A DNA stretch of 56,027 nucleotides, filler included, from Squatina squatina (taxonomy: Eukaryota): NCBI GenBank assembly GCA_031763465.1. It is 3 parts of 3 records of this genome, joined end to end, with 100 filler letters (N's around TTAATTAATTAA, not from the genome) between each part and the next. Parts side by side here need not be neighbours in the genome. Positions count along the whole stretch, not along the records: positions 16,969 to 34,086 come from JARFOE010000194.1; positions 34,187 to 56,027 come from JARFOE010000168.1; 1 more part is not named here. One strand, written 5' to 3'. Shown here one piece after another: positions 24,699-36,765 of the stretch; positions within the stretch are counted from its first letter, which is position 1; each line of letters begins with the position of its first letter. Under the pieces are notes generated by a model. That model searched no databases, had not been told where the DNA came from, and saw only the letters and a program-made list of their open reading frames with translations. A program made the translations under genes and the position numbers.

Positions 24699-25060
24699 TC
24701 TATAAATGCAAGTCTTTTCTTGAGTGGCATCCATGGCTGCAACACCATCACTGGCAGGAAGGTGCAAATACAGCGTGACAAGTTTACATGGGCAGTTTGC
24801 ACTATAAATGTGGGGAGGGATTTAAAATGAAAATACAGAAGTCGGGGGGGTGGTGCGCAGAAGAGATGAGTTTGAAGTGAACTACACTTGGGAACTGGAA
24901 CTCCCCTCTGTGCCAGATGACCACCGAACAGATAGATGCAGGAGATTACATGGACCAGGGTCTGGCTGAACAGGAGGGGCAGTGGCTGAGTGTGCAACAA
25001 TGGGGGGGCCAAGCCCAGAGCGTGAGTAGTAAGATAGGGATAGAAAGCGCCCGTCCTAAC

Positions 25061-25180
25061 CTGCAGAGTGGCAATAAGAAACAGCAGGGCGCAGCAGCAC
25101 AAACAGTGCAACCAGAGGCGCCTGAGCCCGGTCCTGCCTCCGCGGCGCCGCTCTCCCCTCGGCCGCGGATCCCCGTCCAT
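25061..25180 (-). CDS. Candidate first coding exon: Arg-rich N-terminus plus Cys-rich signal anchor
   Basis: CpG-rich patch, GGAATGG start context, MDGDPRPRGERRRGGRTGLRRLWLHCLCCCALLFLIATLQ (40 codons), then CAG|GTTAGG donor. Confidence 0.5.
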
Positions 25181-25302
25181 TCCGCAACAGTAACAAAAAG
25201 AGNNNNNNNNNNNNNNNNNNNNNNNNNNNNNNNNNNNNNNNNNNNNNNNNNNNNNNNNNNNNNNNNNNNNNNNNNNNNNNNNNNNNNNNNNNNNNNNNNN
25301 NN

Positions 25303-25470
25303 TTATCGCCTCTCAGTCTTCTAAACTCTGGAGAATACAGGCCTAGTCTACTCATCTCTCCTCATACAACAATCCCGCCATCCCTGGAATCAGTCTGGTG
25401 AACCTTCGTTGCACTCCCTCTATGGCAAGTAATTCGTTCCTTAGGTAAGGAGACCAAAACTGTACACAAA
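25303..25470 (-). mobile_element. CR1 ORF2 C-terminal fragment
   Basis: Minus strand ..QFWSPYLRNELLAIEGVQRRFTRLIPGM..LSRLGLYSPEFRRLRGD. Confidence 0.88.
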
Positions 25471-25535
25471 CTTTAACAGATGGTCTACACCCAAAAGGTA
25501 CTTTTGTATTCAAATCTATAGCCTTGCACTATTAC

Positions 25536-25793
25536 CTGTTTTTACATTGAGCTCTGCGGCAATGCCCTCTTGCTCACAGACTCTAGTCAAGACGCTCACA
25601 GTGTACTCAGTCCCGGACTCCAATCCTGATGCTATCCATTCCATTTTCTGCGTCTCTGTTTCACTCACGATGCTATCATTCTTTAACACCTGCACCACAA
25701 AGATCTGCTCTTCACTGGTATCTGTTGTCCAAGTTATTTGAAAGCCACTGCTGGTGACACTAGAAACCGCTAAATTGGTAACTGAAGACGGTG
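25536..25793 (-). CDS. UMODL1: Fibronectin type III exon, probably uromodulin-like 1
   Basis: caacag|..|gtaata, 258 nt, phase 1-1, APSSVTNLAVSSVTSSGFQITW..SGLESGTEYTVSV..NVKT. The FN3 call is firm; the gene name rests on position and strand between ABCG1 and ZBTB21. Confidence 0.75.
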
Positions 25794-25879
25794 CTGTTGA
25801 AGAGTTAAGGAACCAATTAGCGAGAATCACACAGCAATGCGGTCATTGTAACTCTGAGTATGAGGGGAGCTACATTTTT

Positions 25880-26150
25880 CTTAGTTTGTTCTCAGAATGA
25901 TGCTGACAAAGCCACATTGATTGCCCATCTCTATTTACCCTGAGAAGCGGGTGGTGGGCCTTCTCTTTCAAACTCTGCAGCCCTTGTGGTGATGGTACCC
26001 CAGAAACGGCATCAGGTAAAGAGTTCCAGGATATTGACCCAGTGATGATGAAGAAACGGTGATATATGTCCCTGTCAGATTGGTATGTGACTTTTGGGGA
26101 ACTTGGAGGTGAGGGTGTTCCCGTGACATTGTTGCTCTTGTCCTTAACAG
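25880..26150 (-). mobile_element. CR1-clade LINE 3' end (second family)
   Basis: Minus-strand translation ..FFIITGSISWNSLP..VPSPQGLQSLKEKAHHPLL. The tail matches the SINE tail at 54360-54460. Confidence 0.8.
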
Positions 26151-26467
26151 TATAATGGCAACACTGCTGCGACAGCAATAATCATTATTTTTAGAATAAT
26201 TTAATTTTTAATTTTAGTGACTTTGCCATCTAATCTCCTCTGGAAGTGCACTGACGAGGGAGTTTGTGTACTATTTTAAAGCAATCATTAAAATAAGTGG
26301 TTTAACAACCATATTATATTAGCACACAAAGAAACTTAAATGAACTCATTAAGCAGGAAATTAATCCACACAGGATAGTGGTTGAATATTCGGAAAAAAG
26401 GATTATTGGAGAAAAACAGGGGACTGGGACTAAGTGGATATCTCTGTCAGAGAGTCAGCGGGCTCAT

Positions 26468-26653
26468 GAACTACAGAACAGCAGTGTTACCTGCCCTCCC
26501 TTATGCGTGGGAGACATGGACAATGTAGAGTAGACACCTCAAAGCACTGGAGAAGTATCACCAACGCTGCCTCCGTAAAATCCCTGCAAATGCACTGGCA
26601 GGATAGGTGTACCAATGCCAGCGTCCTCTCTCAGGCCAGCATCCCCAGCACCG
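26468..26653 (+). mobile_element. RTE-clade LINE fragment
   Basis: YRTAVLPALPYAWETWTM*SRHLKALEKYHQRCLRKILQMHWQDR with small lesions; homologous to 37610-37780. Confidence 0.85.
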
Positions 26654-28779
26654 NNNNNNNNNNNNNNNNNNNNNNNNNNNNNNNNNNNNNNNNNNNNNNN
26701 NNNNNNNNNNNNNNNNNNNNNNNNNNNNNNNNNNNNNNNNNNNNNNNNNNNNNAAATAGTCTACTTGACCTTAACTTCTCTCTATGTTTCATTACTTAAA
26801 ACTGCCACTTTTTAATTTAATGAAATCATCTCAGGTTGCTTAGTGTGATGTCAGCAGGCACACGTTACTCATCAAATATCTTTTGACATCAGTAGATGAG
26901 GTACTGGTATTACACAGTTGTCTCTTCAGGTAAGTTATAGGATTATATGTATTGTACGTATTTATTGAAACATTAATCATTCATACTACTGCAGCTGCTG
27001 TAAAATTTCAACTTTACTTAATATTAGTGTTTTTGTATAAATTTACTACCTGGAGACAAATGTTGGAATGTTACAGACTATCATTCTTGCTTATTATTAA
27101 TCTTCATAATGCAATTATTTATCATCCTATCCTAATCTAATCTATTAGGTATCAAGATATATTCCTTCCCCTCTGCACTCTCACTCCCTCTCTTCTCCCT
27201 GTGCTGATTCTCATCAGAATACAAACCCACAGACATCAGCCACTCCACCTCACTCAAAAATGTAATCTTTCCAAGTCAGCTCAGGCACGGATATTTCTTG
27301 GCGAGCTATTCGTGCATGGAGTGCATCACAGCCAAGCCCCAGCCTTTCCCCACATAATGCGCACATGCACGTTCTGGTGGCAGGACAGAAATCGAAAGTG
27401 TAAACCTTGGTTGATTTTTTTTTAAAGTCAATTGCAGCATATGATCCAAGTACTCAACTTGGAAGCTTTCTTTCACATAATATTGTGCATATTATAGTTG
27501 ATAGTTGAAGGTAGAAACCTGAGCTTGATTGCATTTCAATTAAATTGTCCAATATGATTTTTAAATCATATGCAACTCACAGATTAGAAGTGAGGAATTG
27601 GGTGGGATAGCTGCTTGTGAAGGTCTGCAGCAGCACTTTAAATGAGAGGTGTATTTAGCATCAGGAATACAAAGAAACAGGAAGCAATATGTATGCAGAA
27701 GCTACTACAGAAACTACATAACATTGCAAAGCATTTAATCTGGAAAACCCATAAGTGACTGGCATAAAAATACCTCCAGCTTTCCTGACAGCAGTTGAGG
27801 ATCCCTTTACTCGTCAATGGAATTGGCCACTGTCTGGCCAAAAATGGCAGTGGGGTCCGAACTGCGACATTTGAACTGATTTGCATATATGTACGAGGCT
27901 CCTGCCTGAATCCAACAGGAGCTTCGGCTGCTAGGATACAGGTCCACACAAAAATGGGCCGATGTCAATGCAGCAATAAGTCAGTGTGGCTACCCACCAC
28001 TCGATCTTGGGTCCTCCATCATCCCAGTATTAAGGACAAATATGGCAGTGGCNNNNNNNNNNNNNNNNNNNNNNNNNNNNNNNNNNNNNNNNNNNNNNNN
28101 NNNNNNNNNNNNNNNNNNNNNNNNNNNNNNNNNNNNNNNNNNNNNNNNNNNNCAGCTGATGAATGTGCGCTTTGTCACAGTGCAGCTGCAAATTTGAAGA
28201 AACAATATCCCTTTTCCTGGGCGTTCTGTGTGCCCCACATCCAAGGCTCATCTCGAAACTTGAAAAGCTAAAAAAAAAATGTACAATGTTATATCTGGCT
28301 GAATTCATTACGACTTCATAGTAAGCATTTTTTTTTGTTGCGTATCATAGATATTCATCTATTCTTTTAAAAACTATTGATTTCTACCGCGTTCTTACAC
28401 TGTTGGCTGGGCTATCGATTGGTTGAATTTCTATTTATGGAGCTAGGTGGTCTATATTAATTTACGAGTGATTTTACGAGAGAGCTTCTTTTGTTTAAAT
28501 CCAGCATCATGTGGACAGTCCCAGTACAATCAGCATTCCTATTCTATGGAACTGCTCAGTTATCTTGTTTATAAGCTGGAAGATAGTTCAGATATCAGAA
28601 TAGGCATTGCAACAATTTCTTTTTCTTCCTCGGGCCAACATTCTTCCCTTGGCTAACAGGGCCATAAAAGACCTGATNNNNNNNNNNNNNNNNNNNNNNN
28701 NNNNNNNNNNNNNNNNNNNNNNNNNNNNNNNNNNNNNNNNNNNNNNNNNNNNNNNNNNNNNNNNNNNNNNNNNNNNNAT

Positions 28780-31142
28780 AAAGGACAACCTTTGTTAAAG
28801 GATATGCATGGGGCTTTGGGTGACACCACCTTCCATGAGACCTTCAAATCTCATGAAGATCGAAACAGTAGAATGAGGTGTTGGTGGGATAGGAGAAATT
28901 CCATGAGTGTAGATGACACCTCAAGTTTTACTGGCAATGTTTCTGATACAAGGCAAAGTTTGACTGACCTCCTGGTGAATGGGAAGCCTTTGACTAGGCC
29001 ACAACTTTCACCTGCATTTTCATTTCATGGAACCACAGGACTTCCGTATTCCCAACAGAAATCTGGGCACACAGTAAATGCTGGCAGAATAGAAGAGAGT
29101 AATTTGCTATATTACGCCAAAGTAGGGCCCACAGTTCAATCTCCAAGATTGCCGCCTAACAGTCAGAGTGTTGTCAGCAGTGGTCCATTGGTGAAAAGTC
29201 TCCTTCGTAGGTCATTATCCATGGACAGTCAAGTCCCATGCTACTCTTCTTCTCTTGATCTAAAAATGAAGTACGGATCACAGGTATGTAAACACGAACC
29301 ACTGGAGTTGACTTATGATGCATCATCTCAAAAGCCATCAAACGTTGATGACCCAACCAAACAGCGACTTCTAAAGGATAAGCCACAGGTTGATCAGCCT
29401 TGTCGACCAAGACAACTTAGTATATCTCAGTCTGCTGAAGCTGAGGCCATCTCACTACCAACAGCTGTTAAAATAAAAACAGAACCCTGCAGCCCTGTCT
29501 CAGATACTTCTGATATAATTAGGGTTACTGTTGGAGAAACATCTCCATCTACCAGTAAGGAGTTCTCTGTGAAAAATGTAGAGAGGAACAGAAGAACATC
29601 AATGCTGCCAGTGAAGAGGAGGTTCCAGGCTGAAAATGCAAAGTTTTCATTTGAGAAGTCAGAAGCCTTCCAGCATTCCCCCAATAGAACACAAAGTTTT
29701 GAGGAAAGTTCAAGCNNNNNNNNNNNNNNNNNNNNNNNNNNNNNNNNNNNNNNNNNNNNNNNNNNNNNNNNNNNNNNNNNNNNNNNNNNNNNNNNNNNNN
29801 NNNNNNNNNNNNNNNNNNNNNNNNNNNNNNNNNNNNNNNNNNNNNNNNNNNNNNNNNNNNNNNNNNNNNNNNNNNNNNNNNNNNNNNNNNNNNNNNNNNN
29901 NNNNNNNNNNNNNNNNNNNNNNNNNNNNNNNNNNNNNNNNNNNNNNNNNNNNNNNNNNNNNNNNNNNNNNNNNNNNNNNNNNNNNNNNNNNNNNNNNNNN
30001 NNNNNNNNNNNNNNNNNNNNNNNNNNNNNNNNNNNNNNNNNNNNNNNNNNNNNNNNNNNNNNNNNNNNNNNNNNNNNNNNNNNNNNNNNNNNNNNNNNNN
30101 NNNNNNNNNNNNNNNNNNNNNNNNNNNNNNNNNNNNNNNNNNNNNNNNNNNNNNNNNNNNNNNNNNNNNNNNNNNNNNNNNNNNNNNNNNNNNNNNNNNN
30201 NNNNNNNNNNNNNNNNNNNNNNNNNNNGCAACACATGAAGACCCACCCAGGTGAAAAACCCTTTGTTTGCAAGCTCTATAACAAGGCTTTCAAATCGAAA
30301 GAACAAGGGGTTACTGAACCTGTGAGTGAAGATAGTGTTGAACATCAGTGTGAACATTGTAATACCAAGATGTCTTCATTGGCAGAGAAGACAAAGCATG
30401 AGAGGATCTGTAGGAATGTTACTGTGTGCTGCTACTGTAGCCTTAGGTTCTGTTCCAGAGAACTAAAACAAGAGCATGAAAGTCAGTGTGAATACAAGAA
30501 GCTAACCTGTCTAGAATGTAAACGCACATTTAAGTCCTCGTTCAGCATATGGCGTCATCAGATCGAAGTCCACAATGAAAACACAATGGCCCCAGTGGAA
30601 CAATCCTGCTTGGACCCAATATGTCACAATGGTGTCTTGCCCAAAGAGGTTCAAACTGAAGTAGTGGAGGACTCTATAGCCAGCCCAAGTACTTCAAAGG
30701 AAGATGAAGCATGTAGTGATTCTTCAGAACCAATGTATGTTGACTCTGAAGATTCCTCTTGCTTTCCTGAAGATCTGAGCATCTCTAGCGGCAGAAACAT
30801 AAGCACTAAAGATAATCATCTACCTGATGCAGTCTCCACAAATCCCATCCATCTGGAAGACGTGGCATCTGAATCCAACAGCTGCAGCGGGGAACCGGAG
30901 GACCTAACGTACAAAGGAGAACGTGGTCTTTGGCCATGTGAAAAATGTGGCAAGATCTTCACCATACACAAGCAGCTGGAGCGTCATCAGGAATTGCTGT
31001 GCGCTGTTAAACCATTCATTTGCCACGTTTGCCATAAAGCCTTCCGTACCAACTTCCGCCTCTGGAGCCACTTTCAGTCCCATATCTCTCAGTCTGCTGA
31101 CCATCTTGAATTCTCTAAACCTGCGAGGAGCCCTTCCTCTCG
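28780..31142 (+). CDS. ZBTB21: ZBTB21 (ZNF295) large coding exon, partial; BTB domain, central fingers and C-terminus lie in gaps
   Basis: SGPLVKSLLRRSLSMDSQVP, IKTEP..SDIIRVTVG, CEYKKLTCLEC.RTFKSSFSIWRHQ, PEDLS, LWPCEKCGK..KPFICHVCHKAFRTNFRLWSHFQSH. The frame is open from the left gap edge. Confidence 0.96.
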
Positions 31143-32659
31143 NNNNNNNNNNNNNNNNNNNNNNNNNNNNNNNNNNNNNNNNNNNNNNNNNNNNNNNNNN
31201 NNNNNNNNNNNNNNNNNNNNNNNNNNNNNNNNNNNNNNNNNNGGTGAAGGAAATTTACACTGTGGAAGTGCTTGTAATTTTAAGTTCCAGGTCAATGGAC
31301 TAGTTTTCTCAAACAAAATTCTTTTTCAACTGTATCAAAGTGTATGGTATATAATAGACTTGCCCTCAGACTTAATATATATAATGACCATATTATACCG
31401 TGTAGTAGTACCCCTTTAAGGTCCCTATTAACATTAAGGTCTGTGTTCCTCTAAGAACACAAAGTTTAATTACTGATAAAATTGTGTCAAAGTTTAAGAG
31501 TTCTTCAAGCTGCAGGTCACAACTCTGGCTTTTCCTTTCTTTTAAAAGTGTTTGGTAAGATTACTCTGAGGATAGACACATTTTGGCTCCTGTGACAAAC
31601 AGCTGCCTTTGGTTATACTTTTTTTGGCATGTGATACAGAAATCTAATGGTGACAGACATGAAACTAGAAGTGTGATGGACAGGAAATGTGCTCTGTACA
31701 TTATATGGTATTTTTCTAACATTTCGCAACATGATGCTGTTTACTTTGATATAAATTCTGAGCCATATCAATCGCACTTCATTTCATGCCTGCAGATTTA
31801 CATTAAAAAAAAGACAAAGAAAGCTAATCATTTCTAATGTATAATTTTTTCCAGCAACAGAAAGTAGCTTCTAAATAATTTTAAAATTTACATTGCGGGG
31901 GAGGGGGGGGGGGGGAAAGAGGAGTATATAAAAAAAATACAAATCAGATTGATATGAGGATCTTAAAAGCAATTAGCCTATAAATGACTGCAGGAAGGAA
32001 AAACAATCACATCTTGTAGCCTTAAAGAAACACTGCAAATCACACACAGCTACACTTTAGCAGTGAAATGATGCATTGTGCATTATATGCTATAAACTCT
32101 CCTGTATTTATTACACAGCACATCCTCCGACTTACCATAAGCAGCATCACAAGTGACCTGCTAGTATTTATTAAATTGGCTCAGTGACGCTTTTGCCTTG
32201 TCCCACATCTTCAAAAGGCACATTTCCCATGCAGAAGGAATTCCAGATGCTCAGGTAAAATTAAAGACTATTTTGAATACAATATGAGAATGCTATATAG
32301 CATCATTCAGTTGTACTTGAAGTCAAGGCGGTTGTAAATTTGAACTCTGGACGCCCTGTTGTTCTGCTCCCTTGCTGAAAACGTTATGTTCTTTTCCAAA
32401 TAACAATGAATAGTTTCTTACTAAATAACAATTATTTAAATGTACACACATCTTATGCATAAATTAGTTGCTAAATTTTTAATGCACAGTACAATTGAAA
32501 CTGAATGATCCAACACACTAGATCATGTTCACTGCACGAGGATTTGGGAGCCCAGCCTTCAAAATTTTACCATAATCAGCACGATCTATGCAATCGCTAA
32601 TTTCTACTTCTCTGCCTCAACTATAACCCAAGTCATAAAAATTCTATTTCTTTTCCTCC

Positions 32660-32880
32660 ATACTGTTATACACAGAAATTATAACATGGAAACAAGCTGG
32701 CCCATCAGCCAATGTAGGCGTTTACCCTCCACACAAGCCAATACTCCTAAACACATTTACCCACCCTGTTCCCATTTCCCTTCAACCCCATTAACTTCAT
32801 CCACCTATCCAATCTAATCTGGACTGTTGATATAGTTTCTGCCTCAACAGCTAACCCTGAAAGTGCATTCCACAGCCTCT
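32660..32880 (-). mobile_element. Decayed CR1 3' end
   Basis: cacctatccaat..tctgcctcaacagctaaccctgaaagtgcattccacagcctc is the reverse complement of the WNAL..VEA..LDR segment. Confidence 0.65.
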
Positions 32881-34086
32881 TGTGTAAAGAAATGTATCCT
32901 GCCTGGAGCAGTCTCCTGAGCCTGAAAAGCCCTCAAATCACTCGGACTGGTCGAGTAGCCCACAGGCATCAGATGCACGTTTTTCCCATGCCCCTCCTCT
33001 TGCAGCAGCCACCTTTGAAAGGCCGTTCATGTGCAAATTCTGCCGTAGGACTTTCAAGACTGCTTTCAGTCTGTGGAGCCATGAACAGACTCACAACTGA
33101 AATAAGATTTAAGTCTTCTGTGATTTATTTGGAATTCCACTAGATTTATCTATAAAGATAACTTGGAAACACATGCGCCACGGTCATGGACTGAATATAA
33201 GGCAATATAATGTACAAGCCATTCTCAGAAGGTTTAGAAAAATAAAGAGTTGGATAAGAAAGGTGAAAGGTAATATATGGAACTGGTATTACTGATGGAA
33301 CAAAGTAAAATCTCTAGAATTTAAAAAATCACCATACTTGTTACTTGGGTGCTACATGGAAGCATTTTTTTATATGATGGGAATTTGCCAGTGTTACACA
33401 ATCATTGTTTTAAGTGGGCCTGGATTAATACCGCTGAACCAGTTCATGCATTGAGATGGATCCTTTATCATGTGTTTTTAACATTCAGTAATATATGTGG
33501 GGCTTCAGTAATATCATCAAAGCAATTTTATTCTGTTAGCACCAACTCAATTAACTTTCAGTGGCTCAGCCATTTTGGCAAATGGACTATTGGGCAGACT
33601 GACTAGGGAAAGAAGAATCTGGCCATTTGGATCAGTTTTTTTCAGCACAGAAAAGGTATGATTCTGAACACAGTCTCTGCACTGGTTAAGGCCTACGATA
33701 TATCTTGTAGCTCAATGATCCGTCCGCATGGGCTTAACTATTGTAAGAGGCTCATGGAATTATTGGGATCTGCTGCAAGTGATGAGCCTCAGCCAGTCAG
33801 CAGATTGGAGAAGAAACTGGAGCTTGGTTGTCAATCACACTTCCCCAGTTAGCACCATGGATGGGAATCTACTGCAAACAGAGGCATATTAACCAAGGTG
33901 ACTCCAAAAGATGGTTCGCAACCTACAACCAGAGAGGGCTAGAGATTATCTTCCTTCACATGTTAATGCCTGTCCACATAGGCATCCAATGATTTTTATA
34001 CAATACCTATTAAAGAAAAAGTACTTCCATTGTGGCGTTAGATGCACACAGTGACATTCTAGAAATCTTGTACCGTGACCAGGACC

Positions 34087-34186
34087 NNNNNNNNNNNNNN
34101 NNNNNNNNNNNNNNNNNNNNNNNNNNNNNNTTAATTAATTAANNNNNNNNNNNNNNNNNNNNNNNNNNNNNNNNNNNNNNNNNNNN
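34087..34186. other. Artificial scaffold-joining linker
   Basis: 44 N + TTAATTAATTAA + 44 N. Confidence 0.97.
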
Positions 34187-34329
34187 TGGGGAGAGGCTGA
34201 AAGTGAGCTGAGAATGATTGTAGATCCTCCACTGGCCATGTCCAGTCTTCGCAGAGCAACAATTAGCAATCAAACCGACTGCAGAACAATGTTGCCAACC
34301 CAGTCGAGTTAACGTCTGAAGCCATCATT

Positions 34330-34650
34330 GCTGAAGCTGTGTAAAACACTGGTTAGGCCGCACCGCTACTTTCAGTTCTGGTCACCAAAATGAAAGGGAA
34401 GGATGGAAGTGCAGGCAATGGTATTGATGCTGATTCCCTGATTTCAGGGGCTGAATTCTGAGGAAAAATGAGAAAATCGTAGGGGCCATAATTCGGCAGC
34501 GCCGAAACCGGCTGTTCTTCACTCAGAGTGATTAATACCTGTAATGGCCTTCCAGGTAGAATACTGGAGGGAAGAAGCGTGCAGTTATTGCAGCAGCAGA
34601 TGCTGTGACGGCTATGGAAAGATGGGCTGGAAGAATGGGCTATACTTTTC
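34330..34650 (+). mobile_element. Highly decayed CR1 3' fragment
   Basis: tgtaaaacactggttaggccgcac..cagttctggtcacca..ttcttcactcagagtg; remnants of YKTLVRPH/QFWSP/FFTQRV. Confidence 0.6.
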
Positions 34651-35605
34651 TTTATGGTCTCTTTGTGGCCATATTTGATTTAACTTTAGACCTATGGATT
34701 TTAGTTTTTTTTTTATTCTTTCTTTTGCATTAACTCACATTGCCATTAACGCACAAGCAGAGGACACTCATTAAACACAATAGCCCTGAATTTCTTCAGT
34801 GGTTGTCCAGATCTCTTGCCAAATGGTTGGTTCAGAGATTGGTAGAATCCCTAGACAAAATCGGAGCCAATTTAACCCAACATTGAAAAATATTGCGTTA
34901 ATTCGCCATGCATTGTTGATGCAAAAGCATATAACAGTCTATAACTTCATCTTTTGTTAAGCTTTAGCTAACTAATTTAAATCTTTTAAAACATTAATTG
35001 AAGTGCTTAGTGACTGATTTATTTTTCTTAATGAATTGCTGCAACAGTTAAAATATTATTATTATTAATTGCCAGACTTATACTTTTCATCTCCCTTAAC
35101 AGATGACTAGCTGAAGTAAATTCATGAACCGTGTAGCAGTATGGGCCTTGGATTCCTTCAAAGCCTCAGATGCTTTGCTATTCTGTGGATCAGCCACAAG
35201 GTGTTCTTTTTTCCTCAGCTTCTTCATTTGGAGACCACTTGTCTCAACACACCCTCCTCTAGCCCGGAATGGGGGGCGAGTGGGCCCAGGCTCGTGAGAA
35301 ATTCTCCAATACAGCTGGCATTGCATTCTACAACTCACCATCAGGAAGCATAATTCAAGCACTGCAAGTGAAATGATTTTATTTTCATTGTTCCCCATCT
35401 ATCAAGCTAGCCCTAAAGCACCTCTGGGAATTGAATGTCCTATGTTCTGATTGGAAGTCAAGCCCTTGAAAATGTATGTTTCTGGACTATCTTAATTAAT
35501 AAAAAAAACAGACCCTAGTCCACTTTCTCTTGTGGTCACTTAATGATGGAATATTAATATTGCTAACTAGGCTTTGCTATCAACTTCATCAAAAATCAAA
35601 CTTAC

Positions 35606-35728
35606 AACATTGAGATGTGGAACAGGGCTTGAACTGCTTGATGATTCAAATTCTAGACCAATTCTTAATGGATGATACTCTGCCGTGGAGGTGGTGGGTG
35701 TAACTTCAATACAAATGCTTCTATGTCC
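35606..35728 (-). CDS. Internal exon of an unidentified gene
   Basis: gacag|..|gtaagt, 123 nt, phase 0-0, GHRSICIEVTPTTSTAEYHPLRIGLEFESSSSSSPVPHLNV. In frame with 35932-36090. Confidence 0.7.
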
Positions 35729-35931
35729 CTGTCATTTTATTTATTCCAGTGTTTCTGCTTGGAGAGTTGACCAAATTATGCTTAACTGATGTCACCCAGG
35801 AGCTGAATCATGGAACACTTCATTGATTCAGTACCACTATTCTTTTTGTTGCTGTATGCTGATCCAAAACACTCCAACATATATATTAAAAAAATCTCTA
35901 TAACAGCAAGAACACAGCAGCAGTGTCGTAC

Positions 35932-36090
35932 CTCATTTTCTGAAAGAGGCACGACTCTTGGCTCTTCTGTTGTCTCATCAACTGCCCTGTCCTCCAGTTC
36001 TTCATCCTCTTCATCTTTAGCAATGAAGTGCCGCCTCCTATACTCTCGCCTGGTGACGGAATCCAGGAGTGGTACCGACTGTGGAAGATC
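35932..36090 (-). CDS. Internal exon of an unidentified gene (acidic, low complexity)
   Basis: tttcag|..|gtacga, 159 nt, phase 0-0, DLPQSVPLLDSVTRREYRRRHFIAKDEEDEELEDRAVDETTEEPRVVPLSENE. GC content is higher than the flanks. Confidence 0.75.
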
Positions 36091-36765
36091 CTGAAACATT
36101 CATTATGCTATACTTCTTATAAAGGTTAAAATGTATCCACTTTCCCTCATAGCCAAAAATGTTCTTCTGTCTAACAAATTTCTCAAGACAGAGAAGTCAT
36201 TTAATGGCACAAAACCTGTGATCCTGAAGGTTGTATTACAGAAAGCACATTTCATATGGGACATCTGGCAGTAATGTGCATTGTATCAGAAAGTTCTAGT
36301 GAGGGCTATGTGCTATTCCTGATAGTCTTAAGCATATTTTGGGTTAGAAGTGATGTGGTAGTAGTACACTGACTCAATCAGGTGGAGACAGATGGCAGCA
36401 GTGCTTGTCTTCGTCATTAGTGTAGAGGAATACTAATCTCCACTACTGTCGGGATTACAACACACAGTCATTGGAGTTATTCAGAGTTCCAACATCTACA
36501 CGTTATAGTGCTTTCAGTTTCACAAGTACCCAAACTTTGGACATTCAAAACTGAATGCTAAAGGTTGAATTTTTAACAGCAACAATGGTGCAATTATTAA
36601 GAGAGTCTCTTCAATGCATGTCACTTTCACCATAACTAAAAACTGAGATATCTCAAGAATAATGTTTAAAAATCAATTTATGTTCTTAAATTTTAAAACT
36701 ACTTCATGGATAATACAAGCTAATCTGATTGGACTCAACTTATTGCCAGGTTTCACAGGAATTTC

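Noticed and set aside
24521-25060. Remainder of the 219-aa minus ORF and the overlapping 135-aa plus ORF
   Set aside because: The minus ORF reads past a donor site into a MITE. The plus ORF is the antisense frame of a GC-rich patch and runs through Ns. Neither has recognisable homology.
31243-31419. C-terminal tail of the 875-aa ZBTB21 ORF-track entry
   Set aside because: It is read-through across a 100-N gap into AT-rich UTR-like sequence and does not resemble the ZBTB21 C-terminal finger.
35684-35728. Resemblance of (E)GHRSICIEVTPTTS to a hyccin/FAM126 motif as I recall it
   Set aside because: The flanking sequence on both sides does not align, and 15 residues are too few to assign a gene.
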